Part shown: positions 63,644 through 64,000 of the stretch, one piece after another
Position numbering within the stretch: position 1 is the first letter of the stretch
How the letters are laid out: every line of letters starts with the position of its first letter
Origin: Amphiscolops sp. MND2022
Lineage: Eukaryota
Direction: 5' to 3'
DNA length: 64,000 nt
Assembly: GCA_964187785.1 (NCBI GenBank)
Contig: OZ076409.1
Span: 63,118,001 to 63,182,000, forward strand
Program-made: the position numbers and the translations under genes
The notes under the pieces: generated by a model
Seen by the model: only the letters and a program-made list of their open reading frames with translations
What the model was told of the DNA's origin: nothing
Database searches by the model: none

Positions 63644-64000
63644 CTAGTATCTGAAGTCTTCTGAGTAGTTTGGGTTAGGGTTAGGTCTGAGGTTATATTT
63701 CCCTCCTCTTGGACTCAGGCTTTCATTTCTAGCATCGTTTTCGGATATTTCGGGCACGATAATATCATCCCCCCTATTTGGAGAATCTTGTGTATCGTTT
63801 TCATTCGTCAAGTTTCTTTCTGAAAAATTTTCATCGTTTTCCGGTCTACCTGCCGTATTCGGCAAGGATTTTTCTTGGTTTTTTGGGGAAACGGCCGGAT
63901 TCGTCCAATCAGATTTGTCATTGCTAGCCGCTTCACTAGCTTCATTCCTTTTTGTGACGTCATGATTTAATCTTTCATTCCGGTTCCGCGCCGCGTGGTC
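63644..64000 (-). CDS. C-terminal tail of an ORF entering from outside the window, like Gypsy integrase tails
   Basis: Low-complexity acidic tail ending GGKYNLRPNPNPNYSEDFRY-stop; compare the tail TTYKLRQQPKLDYR ending pol of the first element at ~20870. Confidence 0.55.
   Translation of the reverse strand, partial: DHAARNRNERLNHDVTKRNEASEAASNDKSDWTNPAVSPKNQEKSLPNTAGRPENDENFSERNLTNENDTQDSPNRGDDIIVPEISENDARNESLSPRGGKYNLRPNPNPNYSEDFRY

Larger units (their letters stand above)
55738..64000 (-). mobile_element. 3' portion of a probable large Gypsy-like LTR element extending beyond the window
   Basis: TGTCA terminus at 55738; pol-tail-like ORF end at 63644; cargo ORFs in between. The second LTR, RT and target duplication are not visible, so the assignment is inferred. 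Confidence 0.55.

Overview
Repeat-rich, AT-rich eukaryotic (probably invertebrate animal) genomic DNA; the species cannot be named from the sequence. The only clear host gene is the 3' part of a spliced multi-EGF-repeat gene on the + strand. It has five phase-compatible exons (3813-45377) and a 33-kb intron filled with transposons. That intron holds two large elements. The first is a 17.7-kb Ty3/Gypsy LTR retroelement (11431-29178; 401-bp LTRs, CTCA target duplication) with gag, pol, an env-like glycoprotein that by eye resembles chuvirus-G/herpes-gB class III fusogens, and further unknown ORFs. The second is a 7.4-kb non-autonomous LTR element (30992-38371; 773-bp LTRs, tRNA-Arg-like PBS) whose longest internal ORF has three AT-hook-like motifs. 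Downstream of the gene lie a defective Tc1 (DD34E) element, nested palindromes and a 4 x 1.7-kb tandem array. The window ends with what appears to be the 3' part of a third large minus-strand LTR element. Between its pol-like tail and putative LTR is an antisense, intron-containing BED-finger-like gene. A family of HINE/DINE-1-like non-autonomous repeats is dispersed throughout. All alignments were done by eye and no database searches were run.
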